Assembly: GCA_903839695.1 (NCBI GenBank)
Contig: CAIMDI010000026.1
Coordinates: forward strand, 1 to 62,830
Direction: 5' to 3'
Length of the DNA stretch: 62,830 nucleotides
Source of the DNA: Candidatus Tayloriibacteriota bacterium
GTDB taxonomy: Bacteria; Patescibacteriota; Minisyncoccia; Phycocordibacterales; PALSA-1337
Shown here: piece by piece, positions 61,875 through 62,830 of the stretch
How the letters are laid out: every line of letters begins with the position of its first letter
Numbering within the stretch: position 1 is the stretch's first letter
Notes under the pieces: model-generated
What the model saw: only the letters and a program-made list of their open reading frames with translations
Databases searched by the model: none
Told to the model about the DNA's origin: nothing
Position numbers and translations under genes: made by a program

Positions 61875-62249
61875 TTATTGATTTAATGGAATTGCTTTAG
61901 GAATGTCTGTGTTTTGAACAGTTTTATCATTTGTAATAAAAGTTCTTTTTAAAATATAAACTAGACCCCAAATAGATATGATCACAAATAATGCTATAAC
62001 TCCGTACATAATAGAATATCCTCCTTTCTTTCTATCATCTTCAGAACCAGCAATTAAATACCTGATTGTATTAAAAATAATATATACAACTGCAGCTGAG
62101 ATGAGAATAACTATAAATGAATTACTTAATGATGTGAATCTTGTAAAAATATCATCTACAGTATTAACAGCACCTGTTACAGTGCCTGAACTTTGAGCAA
62201 AAGCTGATAATGGGGACAATGCAACTAAAAAAGCAAATATTTTTTTCAT
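61875..62249 (-). CDS. TrbC/VirB2-like T4SS pilin-family protein, copy 2
   Basis: Signal peptide MKKIFAFLVALSPLSAFA/Q. YLIAGSEDDRKKGGYSIMYGVIALFVIISIWGLVYIL. Confidence 0.55.
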   Translation of the reverse strand: MKKIFAFLVALSPLSAFAQSSGTVTGAVNTVDDIFTRFTSLSNSFIVILISAAVVYIIFNTIRYLIAGSEDDRKKGGYSIMYGVIALFVIISIWGLVYILKRTFITNDKTVQNTDIPKAIPLNQ

Positions 62250-62343
62250 GTTTAATTATTTAATAATAATACTTATGTGTCTATATTTTAACAATATAAT
62301 ATGATTAATACAAATATAACTGGGGAAAGAATAAATCAGTAAA

Positions 62344-62826
62344 CTAACGAACCATTGGGATCTGCTGATCACTAGGTGTAGCTTGAGGAATATAGGATGA
62401 AGAGTTACCACTACTAGGACCGACCGAAGAATTTGCTGGCGGCAAAACGCTGTTTGAAGTATTGTTAGATGACTTATAGCTACCAAAAGGAAATGTAGGT
62501 TGTGTATTGGTTAGATTAAAAGTGTTTGTTAAAATGTAAACTAATCCCCACAGAGAAAGAATAACAAAAAATCCGATAACACTATACATCACATACAAAC
62601 CTGCCTCCTTCTTTTGTGCAACATCATCACCACCCGCAATAAAGTATTTGAATATGTTATATACAAACATTAGTATGGCTAGAGAAATCAAAAATGTTAT
62701 AGCATAATCAAAATACGTAGTAGCCAATGTTATTAATGATTTTAATGTTTGTTTTTCTGCTGCGAAAGAGAAAACTGGTAATAAAGTTGTAAAAACTATA
62801 CCTATTTTTATTATTATTTTTTTCAT
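62344..62826 (-). CDS. TrbC/VirB2-like T4SS pilin-family protein, copy 3, with S/N/P-rich tail
   Basis: Signal peptide ...LLPVFSFAA/E. YFIAGGDDVAQKKEAGLYVMYSVIGFFVILSLWGLVYIL. 60-aa low-complexity C-terminal tail. Confidence 0.55.
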   Translation of the reverse strand: MKKIIIKIGIVFTTLLPVFSFAAEKQTLKSLITLATTYFDYAITFLISLAILMFVYNIFKYFIAGGDDVAQKKEAGLYVMYSVIGFFVILSLWGLVYILTNTFNLTNTQPTFPFGSYKSSNNTSNSVLPPANSSVGPSSGNSSSYIPQATPSDQQIPMVR

Positions 62827-62830
62827 ATTA

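Noticed and set aside
1-62830. UGA recoding (code 25/4), as seen in some CPR lineages
   Set aside because: Well-supported genes end at TGA (for example scpB 26402, ftsW 27480, the MazF-like gene 48478). No conserved protein shows in-frame TGA, and RF2 is encoded.
1-62830. CRISPR arrays, rRNA genes, integrase or reverse-transcriptase (DGR) genes
   Set aside because: No regularly spaced direct repeats, no rRNA-like sequence and no recombinase or RT motifs were seen in any frame. The only repeats are those listed as features.

Overview
This is a 62.8-kb AT-rich bacterial chromosome segment. Hand counts give about 27% G+C in housekeeping DNA. Gene content and protein architectures suggest a reduced-genome Patescibacteria/CPR (Parcubacteria-like) organism; that assignment is inference. 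The standard genetic code applies: an RF2 gene is present and TAA, TAG and TGA all end good ORFs. Core content, left to right: mltG-mnmA, pepF, alaS, an FtsA-like pair, infA-rpmJ-rpsM-rpsK-rpsD-rpoA-rplQ-rplM-rpsI, grpE/dnaK/dnaJ, trpS, aspS, scpAB-ftsW-murG, gltX, an M23 peptidase, alr, gap-pyrD, an ECF sigma plus MacAB-type exporter module, pyrG, ftsEX-prfB, infB-rbfA, six tRNAs, and three tandem T4SS-pilin-like genes at the right edge. The 3' end of an IS transposase gene sits at the left edge. Several housekeeping proteins are minimal versions: AlaRS lacks C-Ala, AspRS lacks the GAD insertion, IF-2 and RF2 lack N-domains, and DnaJ lacks the zinc finger. Housekeeping genes mostly lack a Shine-Dalgarno, and at least eleven carry a -10 box 6-8 nt before the ATG, a leaderless design. 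At least seven GC-richer cassettes with their own promoters and hairpin terminators are superimposed on this backbone. Three candidates stand out. (i) A four-gene membrane module of unknown function lies between the tRNA cluster and the pilin array: two paralogous bitopic proteins with an unassigned HPDPRDEN C-domain, an SPFH-like protein, and a translationally coupled NfeD-like partner. (ii) Stacked insertions at the 3' end of gap are marked by two fossil copies of the GAPDH C-terminus and 32-bp perfect direct repeats. (iii) An orphan MazF/PemK-like toxin with a roughly 90-aa N-terminal extension sits between two gene fragments next to tRNA-Gln. No rRNA, CRISPR array or integrase was seen.
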